Translations under genes and position numbers: made by a program
The notes under the pieces: model-generated
Databases searched by the model: none
Seen by the model: only the letters and a program-made list of their open reading frames with translations
Told to the model about the DNA's origin: nothing
In this document: positions 11,660 through 25,000 of the stretch, one piece after another
How the letters are laid out: each line of letters begins with the position of its first letter
Position numbering within the stretch: position 1 is the first letter of the stretch
Source: Torpedo marmorata
Taxonomy: Eukaryota
Assembly (NCBI GenBank): GCA_977017645.1
Contig: OZ360220.1
Span: 144,894,001-144,958,000 of the forward strand
Reading direction: 5' to 3'
DNA: 64,000 nucleotides

Positions 11660-14600
11660 GTAAGCCGAAAGCAGGTCAGTCTCCGCCAACAACAAATCAT
11701 TCAAACCCGAGGACAGATGATTTCTGGGAATATGTAGGGATATAATGAGAATAAGTAGGCATTAAAGGCTCAGAGTGTAGGGAACTTCAGAATAAAACTA
11801 TTGCTCCTTCCTTCAATCCAAACACACCACAGTTTGAACAACTGAAGCGGGCTGAGTGTGGATATTGCCCATTTAAGTGCATTTGCTTTTTTTATTTCTC
11901 GGACAGAATCTTCCGTATTTAAAACGCGAATTATATTTTTTTACACAATAACAGGGCAGAACTTGATTAATTCCGGTGGTTTGTGCTGTGAAGGAAACAC
12001 CGAACAACTGCCTCATCGAGTTTAGTATCCGCGATATCCGAACATTTAGTCTCCCTTCCACCACTAACTTTGCCCCTTCAGGTCAAAGTCACCAGCGCAG
12101 AGTCACTATACGGGCATTCTGACCCCGAGAGTGTGCACTATCGCGGCAGACGACAGCAATAGCTTCCATCCTAATTTCTTGGTAAAAGAATAACAAGAAT
12201 AGATACGGAAAAATAGTTGACAACTCCTCCACGTTGCTTTAATAAGCAAATATTCCTAAATGCATCGGCTGCTCTGGACCTTTCTTTTGTCAATATTCAG
12301 GTACATTTACGTCTCCCAGATAATACGCTATTTTTTAAAACTTTATTTTATTTGGAGTTGGTTGTCAAAAATTTAAATGGTCACTTTCAAGAAACAGTAT
12401 TTAAATATGACATTTGAGGGCGCGATTTTTTGTTGTTTATCAATGCGCCGTTTTCCTGGATGCAGCAAAAAGTGAATGACAGATTTTGGTAGAATTGGAA
12501 TTTTAAGTAAGTCCTCAAAATAAACATAATCGGTCTCGCTTGTGCGACATTGCATTAACAAAGTTAATAATTTCCCTGTTGTTTGAATGGAATCAAATAT
12601 CAATCAAAGAAACTTCTGTCAAATAAACGGGAAATTCGAGTGCATCGAGATGTCATTCTGTGACTGGGGACCCGTGAGCTACAAACTAAAGACTCATGAA
12701 GGAGTTAAAAGTTATTTGAAACACTTACAAATATTTAAGTGTGGATATTGGGTATTAATGATTACTTAAGAGTAAAACCCAATATTCCCCATGTTTAAAT
12801 CTTTCCGGTCGAAAGTGAGCAGATGCAGTAAAAGCTGGTAAACATGAATAATGTCAGAAACATTCCGCAGACAAACTGGTATCTGGGAGGAATGAGGTGT
12901 TACAGGACTTGAGAAAGCGGTGGTATCAGATAGATACTTTCAACCGTCAGAACTTATTTATCAGTGTTGAAATGGTTCAGAGCTTACAGCAAATCCTCCA
13001 TCAATAAATAAAGATATGTCTGTGTGGGAGGGAGAGTTATAAAAAGTACAGAGAGCAAACTTGAAAAAAATAGAGAAAATTGGGTCTCACCTGCTCCCAG
13101 CGCGCAAGACTTTAAACAGCATCAGTAGCATTCAATCAACTGAAAGACATGAATAAACGAATGTCATTCTGAAACGGTAGCCTGTCAAAGTTGGTGCAAC
13201 TTAACATAAATCAAAAGAATCACATTAGACCACTAAGTTATACTGGACCGGAACTCAATATAACATGACAAAAACAGACTGAAGAGGAAACGGCAAACTT
13301 TCCAACGTCAATCCTCAACACGGAGGAAAATGTAGCCGCTCCCCATTTCTGCAGCTGCAGATTCAGTTTCGTGCCCGATTTTCAAATATGAGCCGATTTT
13401 TATCATAATAACATCAGCTTTAAAATCAGGCGCTGCAGTTTAAACTTTGTTTGAAGTTTCTTATCTTATAAAAACAACACAAATTGAAAACTAAATTAGT
13501 TGAACGGAAAATATCACGTCTATATTTATTGAGTCGAAAACTTCAATTCTTTGATTAAACTTCGAAAGTGTATTTTCCTGTTTGTTTTTTCTCGTTTTAT
13601 ATTTTAGAATGAATTGTTTTAAAAAGGTGAACATTGTTAATAATCTACGTGTTTCCAAAGCTCTGAAAGGGACTGTTTTGACTTTTAAGCAAATGTTGAC
13701 CTGTTCTTCCCACCTCCTTCCCCTTCATTCTGAAACGAAACGTTTCTTGTGGAATCGAACAGATTCTCGATAATGTGCAGTACAATTAAGTCACAATTTC
13801 AATTTATTTACTGGGATCACTGCGGTTGACATAACGCCCAGAATAGCCATATGCCGTTTTTGTCCCAGTCCGTGAGTGGATGAATTGCAAAAAAAATAAA
13901 TGATCCGGCGTGTGATTTTATTTCAGACTAATTTAATAAAATCCAGATTTTTTGGAATTTTAGTACATTAATAAAATAAATACAACGAATTTATTGTTAT
14001 TTGAACATACTTTATGTTCAAAAACAATAAAAGTTCGATTATCTCTGGAAGATAGTTTCCATTACTTCGCCTTTGTATTCATAGCCTCTAAACCAAAATT
14101 ATTGCAATTACGCCGATAAATGGAACCTATATATTCAGGCCCTTGGTGAATCCAGTGAGAGTTATTCGAAGTTTGGAGGGGCTGCTTTCTTTAAACCCAT
14201 ACATCTGCCTGACATGGTCTCGCATTTGTATCGTTGTCAATGTTTTTCCTCCCCCGCACCTTACCTCTACTGAGAACACGTTAACTGATAATTACGGTCA
14301 CGGCAGTGATGCGAAAGGGTTATTTCACTGTGGACTTGGAGCGCCGTGAAAAAGTCGGACTCTCTCTGTGTACGCTGATCCTGGTTGTCTTAAGCGCGTG
14401 GGACTTTCCCTATGTTTGAACGGTACCAGCGTGGACAGTTCGCTCAGGCAATCCATTGTTTAGTGTTTAAGGGAAGAATTATCTGCATCTGGACACGCTT
14501 GCATGTTCACAGGCAATAGGAGTCTTATTTCGTCCTGGTAAACGCATTACTGGCCAAACCGTCCCTATGGGATGAGGCGGCAGAAACAATAGCTACAGAA

Positions 14601-15760
14601 ATAATCAGCCGCAGCTACATGAAAAGTAGAGTTGGGGTTGAAGCGGAATATTTTACATTTCGCATTTTATTAAAGTGGTTGCTAGCCCGACCTGTTAAGG
14701 GTTCTCTTTAATTTGCGGAACGATCCTATGATCAGTTTTATTTCGAAGGATTCTGGCGTTAATCGGCTTTGTTCGTTTCTGTCGGAGCGGGGGTGGGATT
14801 TAATTTGTAAAACATGAGTTAAATGGAGCTGCCTTGTGCGGGATCCCGCAGTTTTCTGCGCCTAATTGACGCAGTCAGCTTCAAGCGATCGGTGTAAATT
14901 TGCAAGGTAATCCTGTGATCAGGTTTTTTTTAAGGGTAGTTCGAAGATTGAGCCTCTAATCGGCCGGCTTGCTGTTTAAATCAGCTCCGGGATCTTCCCT
15001 GGTGACTCAATTAAATGGATTATTTCCTTCCTGGTCCGTGGAATTAGATCCGAGTATCTTCTTTCCTTTCTTCTCTTTCGCCCCTTTTCTCTTAACAGCA
15101 AGTCCCACTCAATAAACACAAACAAAGACCGAGTCGACGTGCCCTTTATACCATACCTGCGGGGACAGTACAACTTCAACTACTAACTCGGAAAAATATC
15201 ACTGCAGCCTCCTGGATGGCCAGGATTCATGCTGAACGACCCTTGCGTCCTTTTAACTCAAACAACCCTAGTAATTAATGTGTCATCTCATAATAACAAA
15301 CAGAAAAATATTTCCTCGCGGGGGTTACAAGCTATTCGAGCGTGGGAGAGACTGGGGCATGTGCCCACACAGACAGAGAGTAGCAGAGGCGTACATTCTC
15401 CAGGAATTAGAAAGTAATGAGAATAGTGGAGCGTCCACACCATCGCTAGGGGAAGAGGGTTAAAAAAAGAGTGGTACAGGTATTCCAGGATTTAACCGGA
15501 CTCCCCGCTGTGAGTCCAGAACAAGTCCCAAACACCCGCACTTTCCACTGAATGCGAAGTAGCCAAGAATATATGATCACTTTAAGGGAAGCGGACAAAC
15601 TCATGTTTTTCGACCAATAATTATTATTATTGTTCCTGGTGATGATCAAATCTTGACAACATAGCATTGTGCGTAAAGTGTGTACAAACAGGGTCCTCAG
15701 AGGAGAGGTGAAGCTTCTTCCAAGTTGCCCCGATCACAGCTGGGAGCTGGCAATGGGAAG

Positions 15761-16060
15761 AGCTCGTGGCGTGGGGAAAGCAGCTCGTGGCGTGGGGAAA
15801 GCAGCTCGTGGCGTGGGGAAAGCAGCTCGTGGCGTGGGGAAAGCAGCTCGTGGCGTGGGGAAAGCAGCTCGTGGCGTGGGGAAAGCAGCTCGTGGCGTGG
15901 GGAAAGCAGCTCGTGGCGTGGGGAAAGCAGCTCGTGGCGTGGGGAAAGCAGCTCGTGGCGTGGGGAAAGCAGCTCGTGGCGTGGGGAAAGCAGCTCGTGG
16001 CGTGGGGAAAGCAGCTCGTGGCGTGGGGAAAGCAGCTCGTGGCGTGGGGAAAGCAGCTCG
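15761..16060. repeat. Perfect 21-bp minisatellite (AGCTCGTGGCGTGGGGAAAGC), about 14.3 copies
   Basis: Directly visible; ends 75 bp before barhl1 exon 2. Confidence 0.98.
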
Positions 16061-16077
16061 CTGGCCGCCAATGGTAG

Positions 16078-16359
<282 letters not shown>

Positions 16360-19300
16360 TGAGTCACACTAATTAGCAATGTGAAATAAACACACCAGGT
16401 GGCGAATGTTAACTAACAAACTGACCACAAGACCATATGAGGAGGCATTGGATTTAGATATCGTTGGTATGGGGGTAAAAATCACGCCGTGTCAGCCGAA
16501 AGTGAAATGTCGTGGCCAGCGCTGCTCTCAACGATTCATAGAACCCAGGAAGAAACACACAGATTACAGACATACACCGTCGAAAATAAGATTTCAACCT
16601 CATACATTCACAGAGAAAGGAGTCAGGAACTTGCACGGGGAGGGGAGGGGGTGTGAATCCTAGCGGATCCAATGAGAAAGTTATTAATCCAACCAGCATC
16701 TCAAGAAGTAGGACTAGCGGCTGTCAAGCATTGACATGGTGGGAGAGGAAGAGGAGAAGGGACGAGGGGGCGGGGAGAAAGAACGGGTGGGGAGTTGGGC
16801 TTTATTGCGCTACAATGTCCCCGTTGTAAAAGATGAGGCGAAGGAAAGTGTGACTCGGTTCTTGGGTATGTGGCAGTTGTTCAGGAGATGAGTTGGGGGT
16901 AAATGGGATCCAAAACAGGTGCTAAATCCCACCCGCGCATGGGCAGCTCCAACGTGTACAGACACGGGCGTGGGACAGTGCAGTATTGGATGGAGCCCAT
17001 ATGCAGTAAATAAACGACAAAACATTAACGTCAAAAACAGTAAATAGAAACGAAGATAATGCGGAAAACTATGGGCTTGGACAGGATGAAGATTCTCTCT
17101 AAACGTGAATTAATGGGGAGATATTTTAATGTCAGAATCAATCGAATGGTAAACTATTCTCAACTGTATCAAAAAAGCTAAGAAGGTCAAAATTGCGCAA
17201 TCTCACGATAACGTGAGGTACAAGGTAATACAAGTTTAAAATGCGAAAGCAGTGAAAGAAGGCGTCATAATAATTTCTGCTGAAGCCTCTTGCAGATGTG
17301 CTCAACGCTCTACATGTCTCAGGAGAGGTCTAGGAATCTGCCAATCTAAATTTAAAAAGATAATTTAGATTAAAATGCTATACAACTTTAAAATTAAAAA
17401 AGAGCACCCGCTCACTTCAAAATATTTCGAAAACTAGACCTGAGAGGGAGGCACCAAACCGAATGATCGCCTCATTTAACCAGCCCCAGAGGCGAAATGA
17501 TCCAGTTCCTCGGTCTGGATGAACGAGCATTGGGTAGAATCCTCTTTTCAAAACGTGCGTGCGTCGGCAACCAATCCAAAAAAGCACGTGAGATTTGGTT
17601 GGATTTTATTCAAGTGCAACATTTATTATGTACGTTTCCTACTGAGTTCAGTCTACTCCAGCTGTTTTAAACCTGAGTTAGTTGTAATTGAACTAAAATA
17701 AGTTTGAAGTCTTCCTCGTGGATAAAAGAATAATCAGCGCCTGAACGATAGGCCTTGCTGTAGGTGCAGCACTTTGCAATATCCAATTCCTTGTGGTCCA
17801 GTTATACACCTGCACAGTTCAGAAAATAAATAAAACCAGCAGTTTTTTTTTAATCGCGCGAGTTTACATTTGGATTTAGCAGCACTAGGTTGTGAGACAC
17901 TCACACGGACTACACTTCCCTTCCATTGCGCAAGATTAGGAGCACAAGGCGTGTATGTACCTAGACTGAGAACCAGCAGTTATCAAGTCGAATTTGTCGT
18001 CCAGATCCGTCAACGATCTTACTTAAGGGATCACGTTAGTTTGATCCCAGAGGAAAGCGCGCACTACAGATATAGGCAGGGTCTATTGGGTGGGGGGGGG
18101 GGGGTGTGACGGGGGGGGGGGTGTTGGTGGTGAGGGGGTATCCACACTAGGAGCTGCAATTACTCCTAAAGTTCACTGAAAACACAATCCAAAATTTACC
18201 TTGTCAGGGTGTCGACTCAAGAGGTCGACAATTCCTGCTCCCCCCTCCTCCCACCACAAATGCTGCTCGACTCGCCCATTTCCTCCAGCAGATTGTTTGA
18301 TGCATTACTCCGTAGTTTCTGTTTTATTTATAACAACAGAGGAGGGTAAATGCCAATGTGACTAGATTTATGTGTGTATGTCTCTTTTGTGTACATATTA
18401 CACGCGCGCGCACACACACACATTCGGTTTACAAGACCACACGTTGGCTGTGATATATTATATTAAAGAAACCCACCGCTTTACAGTAGTTGCGTTAGTC
18501 TTTTCGCCAAATTTAGATGTTTTACCGTTCTCTCTGGTTTGTATTAAGCCTTTGTAATCCTGTTAAAGCCATAGAGAAATATCCTGCAAAATCTGTGCGT
18601 GATCACAAAACATTCTCCCACTACTCGAACCTTCTCTCTCAGACCAGAAGTTTGTGGAACTTCAGATGTGAATTCGAATTACACTCACCACAAAACATGG
18701 CTAATTTTATATTATTACACAGGTTGATTCTTGCACGAATGCCACATCTCATGTGGATGATCAGACATTTTGCAGCAATTCTATCCGAAACTTTCGAATT
18801 TTGTGGAACAGAGGCGGTGTGGAAAAATAAATGATCCCGCAAATTCATCGACATCCTCCACCAGCCTCCCCAAATATCGTCCTTTACTTAGTGGAAGAAA
18901 GGTGGATTATTCGGTGCAAAGAATAGGTCAAATATCTCAATTCCTCTTCCACCTGCTTGTAATGTTGGGCGGTAACTTTGAGCACTGCCTCCTACATTTG
19001 CTTCATCCAAGAATTCGTTCGGTAATTGAAACCATTTGGATCCGGATCTCCCCGGGCAAAGGGCACGGACCAGCTTCGTGTCCGGCGCGCAATAGTAACT
19101 TAATACTTGCAGGTGATCAGAGATAGTTTCCCAATCCTTTTCAGGGACAGAGACAGGTTAGAATCACATCTGTCGCAATCACGTTCCAGCGCTTAACATT
19201 CACCTACCAGAGCTCCAACTCTGGTTTGAGACCTTGGGCCTGACACATTCAATCTCCGTCCATTAAGACATCCTTATACTGTAGACTGGGGGAAGTGGAA

Positions 19301-20159
19301 CATACTTAAAAGTTAATCGATTGGTTGGTGACAGATGTGGAATTCTTCGAGGGAAAATTTAGGATGATTGACAAATACCTCTTTATGGGGCCTGACAGCT
19401 CGTTAAAGAGAATCAAGAACTAAACGTTATCAACAAAACGTACCCCCGCCTTCCATAAACATGATCTCAAAGTTTTTGAGCAGCTTTAAAAAAAGAATGT
19501 TGTTACGATGGAGTAACCACAAACAAAATCAGGACAGATTGAATGGGGCCACTTTTTGGATTATTTGGAAGGACCGTAGTCATCGACCCGGGCATCTGAA
19601 TGCAACAGATCTGTGAGAAAGCTTAGAACAGGAATAAAACTTGTTGCAAATATTCTGGGATTTCGGCAGCGTGAAATATTGTGAATATTCTGCATGCGGA
19701 TGATAAAAGCCGGTGTCAATGTATGAGATCAGCCTCAGCATAAGCCCTTGGTCTCCGCATTGGTCGCTGTCCTTTCATGTGATCCCCTCTTCAATGCCAT
19801 TAACATTTTCGACTCAGAGTAAATTACTTCAGTCATACCATAAAAGCACCCGAACGCGAAATTAAGAAACTGAAAGAAATTTAAGAATGCACTTAAACAA
19901 CAGAGGAAGGTCAGATGGAAGTTCACCTCTTAAGAACGAGGGTGCCCCTCCTGCACAATTTACAAGCCCTGCAGTGTGGTGTTGGGAAATTAATTTTCAA
20001 TCCCACCTCTATATCCCTTACCCAGTGCCTACAGTAACATCAGACCGATTCTCACTTAGCCGGATTTTGGAAGTTTGTAGGAATCATGTTAGTTAATATT
20101 GTCACAGTTTATCGAATCACTTCTCCAAATAATAGCGGCGCCGCAGAGCTTTTAATGAT

Positions 20160-20495
20160 AATAATAATGTTTATTGTCATATACATTGTACAATGGATAC
20201 ACACCCCGAAATTCTTACTTGCTGCAGGCACGTCATTAGTATACATTAGATTAATTGAAAGGAGATATTAAACACAAAATATAGGTAATAAATATTCACA
20301 ATTACCACAGTGCAAGAAAAAGTGGCATTACAATAACGCAGACAGTTCTCTTGTGGTTTCGGAACAGTCCCAAATTAGTGTAACAAGGGGAGAGGTTCAA
20401 GAGCCTGATAACCGTTGGAAAACTACTGATCTTGAACCTAGAGGTTGTAGTCTTTAGGCTTCTATACTTCTGAATACAGCAGCGAGAAAAGGTTG
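20160..20495 (-). mobile_element. Old Rex1-like 3' remnant in barhl1 intron 2
   Basis: KYRSLKTTTSRFKISSFPTVIRLLN; similar to 62315-62760. Confidence 0.65.
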
Positions 20496-20907
20496 TGGGG
20501 TGTAATGTGGTGTAAAATGTTTTAATATACAATATTTATAAATACATGCAAATACAAATTCTGACAGCCAGACGGATCTCGATTGCACGACACAAGCGCA
20601 AAGACTAGACTAATTATTTAGCCTCTGAACCGCTTCCCAAAGTCTCGCTGCCGGGAACAGAACCTTGGCTGTTCTGACGGCCAACTCATCGGGATAGGAT
20701 CCAGTTTGTTTCATTCGGCGAAGATAGGCCAACTAATCCACAGTCTAGAATTGAGTTCTGAGCAATGGTCTGAGGAAGCACGCTGCAATGTTAGTTCTGA
20801 GCAATGCTCTGAGGAAGCACGCTGCAATGCTAAGTGTTAAGATTAGACAGATTTTAACCCCGATTTAGCTGCAATTGAAGAATTAATCGTGTCCCCTTTC
20901 CCAACAG

Positions 20908-21199
20908 GACGAAATGGAAAAGACAGACGGCGGTGGGGTTGGAACTCTTGGCAGAGGCCGGAAACTATTCAGCCCTTCAGCGTATGTTCCCATCTCCTTA
21001 TTTCTATCACCCGAACGTGGTTTCCAATCTAGACCCGACTGCCATGTACATGTACCGGGGTCCCGCCGCCCCTCATCCCGTCATCCAACGACCCATTGTC
21101 CCGCGCGTGCTTATTCACGGACTGGCAGCGGGAGGCGAGCAACCTCCGCCTCTTCCCGGTCTCGCAGGCGTCCTTCCTCGGCCGCCGCAACCTCGATGA
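20908..21199 (+). CDS. barhl1: BarH-like homeobox 1, exon 3 (end of homeodomain and C-terminus)
   Basis: Acceptor cccctttcccaacag|G; TKWKRQTAVGLELLAEAGNYSALQRMFPSPYFY...LPRPPQPR*; the three exons total 966 nt (321 aa plus stop) with consistent phases. Confidence 0.97.
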
Positions 21200-21700
21200 G
21201 CCGCTTCGGCCCCGCTTGGACTTTCGTAGAAGCAACACTAAAATCAAAATAGAAAGCTCCAGTATTTAAAAAAAAAGTGAAACAATTTTTAAGAAAGATT
21301 GTATTCTACTGTATTTATGGTCTTTATTTTCAAAGTTTGTGTAAAAACGTGAGAGGGTTTTAACTGTGATGCTAAAAAGTCTTAATTTAAAAATGTTTTA
21401 ATTCATCCTTGACATCTATAGTTTATTATTTTTCTTTTTAAAAATTTATAGTTTTTTACAAAACGGAAATCAACTTCATGGTATGAAAACAGTAATCGGT
21501 GATGTTGCACTATTTAAAATACATTTTTTTGTTGCTACTAAGCATTTAAATTGTACAATTTATTTATTTTAAAAGTAAGTTACAATGATCGACGAATTCT
21601 CTGTATTATATTGTAAATACCACGTGAGTGTATTGTTTTATCCGTGCGCACATTTTGTAGATTCCTGCTGTTTTGATTTTTATATGGGTGTACCTTGAGG
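21200..21700 (+). other. barhl1: barhl1 proximal 3' UTR (AU-rich)
   Basis: Follows the stop codon; ATTTA clusters, TGTAAATA at 21612, TTGCACTA at 21505; the 3' end is uncertain (an AATAAA occurs at 22671). Confidence 0.6.
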
Positions 21701-21955
21701 ATGAAGAGATGTCTAAGACCTTTTCCTAGCGCTACCACCCCCCTTCCAACACCTTGCCCACGATTACAGATATGATTATTTATTGAATACTGCGTTTGAG
21801 TTGGAGCCGGCAGCTGTTATCGCGGCAGCCTGGGAGCGGCAGCCTGGGAGCGGCACCCCGGCTTCGGGAGCCTGACAGATGGATAGCGGATCTTGGCGTT
21901 CCCCGGCGCCCCCCAGCTCCCAGCAGGAAACAAAGAAAAGGAGAATCATTCGGAC

Positions 21956-22016
<61 letters not shown>
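21956..22016. repeat. (GA)n microsatellite
   Basis: Directly visible, interrupted by GCGAGCGA. Confidence 0.97.
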
Positions 22017-22020
<4 letters not shown>

Positions 22021-25000
22021 CAGAACCCGTTCGGGTTCCTGTGCCCAAACTCAACAAGTTATCATTGCGAGGTTTAAAAGAAAAAAACAACTGCTTGAAA
22101 CAATTCTAAAACTCAATCAATCCATTTCTATCTACACCCCTTTTACTGCTGTATTGTCTCAGAACTTTTATTTTTTCAATTCTTGTTTAGTGAATGCTCC
22201 TCCATTTCGATGACAGATCTTAAAATATCGAAATATACAATTTTTACAGCAGCGTCTTGTAACCTGGTTGTACAATAATTATCACAAAACAAAGTTTGAT
22301 TGCCGCTTAAATGGAATGTCCCTCCTTGAGAGCGGTGTGTTTAAATGTAAATTCCTGTAGCTGTCAGCAACGCATCAGTCACACGCCAGTATTCCATTTA
22401 ATCGGGACTGAGTGGGGAATCAAGGAGAGAACAGGAAGTCGAGATTCAATGTCTGATATTCTATTTCAAGAGTTTGGAAACGTTATTATTTTTCTACCGA
22501 TAGTTTGTCAATGAGAATTTCAGCACGTCGATACATTTCCTTGCAGGCATTTCCTGAATAGCCGTTTAAATATCCTCTATTTCTGTTTACACCTGTCATT
22601 TGTAATATATTGAAAGACAAATTATGAGAATGTTCAAATCAGCTCCATTTTTTAAAATTATATTTCAGTCAATAAAGGATTCGCTCTTATTTATTAAAAA
22701 AAGTTTACTGGAAAAACTCGGATGTGTATTTTAAATTCCAGAAACCTCTGAATGGCTGGGTGACCATAGTTCAAATTTCAGTTGTTGAAAAATAAACTGT
22801 CCAATGGATGTCCTGACGCCCGTTGAGAAGGGGACACGATCCTCCCAAGAGCCCCAAGGGAAAAGGCCAGCTCCGATTTACACACTGTCCTATTTTTGAA
22901 AAATCGTTTACCACGCTTTGGCTCTTCTGTAATAAGAAGATAAACATGATATTTTGCCATGCTGTTGTGTAAATGCTGTTAGTAGGTGCAGTAGAACCGG
23001 GAATTGGGAGTTGTGAAGAGATGTGTCTCACCCCCAGGAACCCCCTGGTGGGAAACGCGAGGCAGCCGTTGTAGGTGTTCGTTCAGGTTGCTCCAGAACA
23101 ACTAACGTCATTATTTCTCAACCTATTTGCAATCTTAGGCCAACAATTAAGTCAGCCAAGTGCGATTTTGAGTGACAACGCTTCATCGCTCGGAAACATA
23201 GATGAATACTATTAATCCGCCTTTCGTTTAAAGGTTAAATAAATAATAATCAGATGGTTAACGGTGCTTGGTGTAAATGTTGATCATGAGGTTTGGCCAG
23301 TTTATGAAAACTAACATTTGGGTTTTGCTCTCTATAGACTACAATTTGAGAGAAGCAGTTAATGTCCTTTAGATTAGAACTTGTCTTTTTGTAAAGGCTT
23401 TCGCTGCTACTGAAATAATTGTGGGAAACTGAGAATATTTGTAGAAACCAGCAATTATCGTGTTAAAACTTAATGGGATCATCCTAGTCACAAAAGCGAT
23501 TTAATCACCGAGGTAGAATGCTACCGAAAAGAAACAGATTGCTTTTGGCAGTATTTACGAGCTACTGACCGTGTCATTCAAACAAACTTTCAATGTTTTT
23601 GTGTAAGTAATTTCTATGGATTCCATCTTCATCCACGTCTCCTGCAACCCCGATGAACCAGTTGAAGCCAGTGGACAATGTGTGTGTGTGGTCAACCAAT
23701 GTCACTTCTATTTGATATATTTTAGATTTTAAAAATCACCATACTACTTGTGATTTGTTACAGCATTTAGACCCAAAATATAAAAAAAACTATATTAGAT
23801 ATCACAAATATGTGCAGAATGTCAAAAGTGAATGAATTGCAAATGTTACATAAAATCATATTTGATTTCAAAATAATAATATAGCTGATAAATTGCTTTA
23901 CCATCAAACCTAAAACACACGACTTGAAGAGGAACTTTTTTTTTAGAAAATGATGGATTAACAGGTTTTGGAAATCCAGAGTTTTACCGGGTCCTCTTCT
24001 TTCCGAATAGTTGGAGTAATGGGCGAAACGTGGATTTGAGCAAAATGAATCGCTGTTTTTCTCAATGATTGCCTCTGAACCGCAGCAGAAGCGGTGTGGA
24101 AAACTGGCTCTTCTGCTGGTGGATTCGACTTGCACATTGAACCAAAAGCCACAATTTCCACTAAATCTTCAACATTTTGTTTGGTTGCCAGATTAAGAAA
24201 GCTCGGTATATAAAAAAAATCAGCAGAAAGAGTACTTTATATCTAGAGAAATCAAAGGATGAAGTTTACCAGGTGCAAGAGCCAGGAAGAAGTTTAATAA
24301 CCTGACATGATACTTCATACCTCAGAACTGAATACTTCATAGCGTCCATTGGTCTGAGACAGCGTTCGCGCAATTACTCAACTTGCCGACCTTCACGGTG
24401 TAATTTGGCGATTTATTTATTCTGGCTATATTGCATGAAGTTTATGAAAAAGTAAATAGCTGGTGCTTATTCTACAGTAAAATAATAATCAGGCATACAG
24501 AAGCGAGGGCTGTTGGCCCACGCATACAAGTCCGGACGCGGGAAAATTAATTTTAATTAATTAAATAATTTTCCTTTAAAATTCTTAACATCAGTGATGG
24601 TGAACATGAAACTGCTTAATTTTCGTAAAAACACATTTACTGATGTCTTTAGACCATATTCGCCTGGTCTACCCGATACGTACATCTAACCTGGCCGAGC
24701 GAGCCTCGACGTTCAGTGGTCAAATGGACAACACATGTTGGTTTTGTAGCGTCGTCCTCATCCCGCGAACGAACAAATTACTTCAGATCACCGGGTTAAA
24801 ATATTTCTGTAGATTGTGCAATGGGATTGCTCCCGCTTCACAAATCTCTCAACTGTCAACATCAACGGGTACAAAATTCAGATTGGCGTGATTTAGGGTT
24901 TTTCAGACGAAGCACAACTAATGTGGAAATGTTTCTATTAAATGCTACCCAGGAGCCGAGAGCCCAGTTTATGTTCCCAGTAATCACGAGTCCATGAAGT

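Noticed and set aside
15761-16060. CRISPR-like array
   Set aside because: Head-to-tail repeats without spacers, no cas genes, eukaryotic context.
21776-22213. ER-repeat and LS-repeat ORFs
   Set aside because: Translations of the (GA)n microsatellite.
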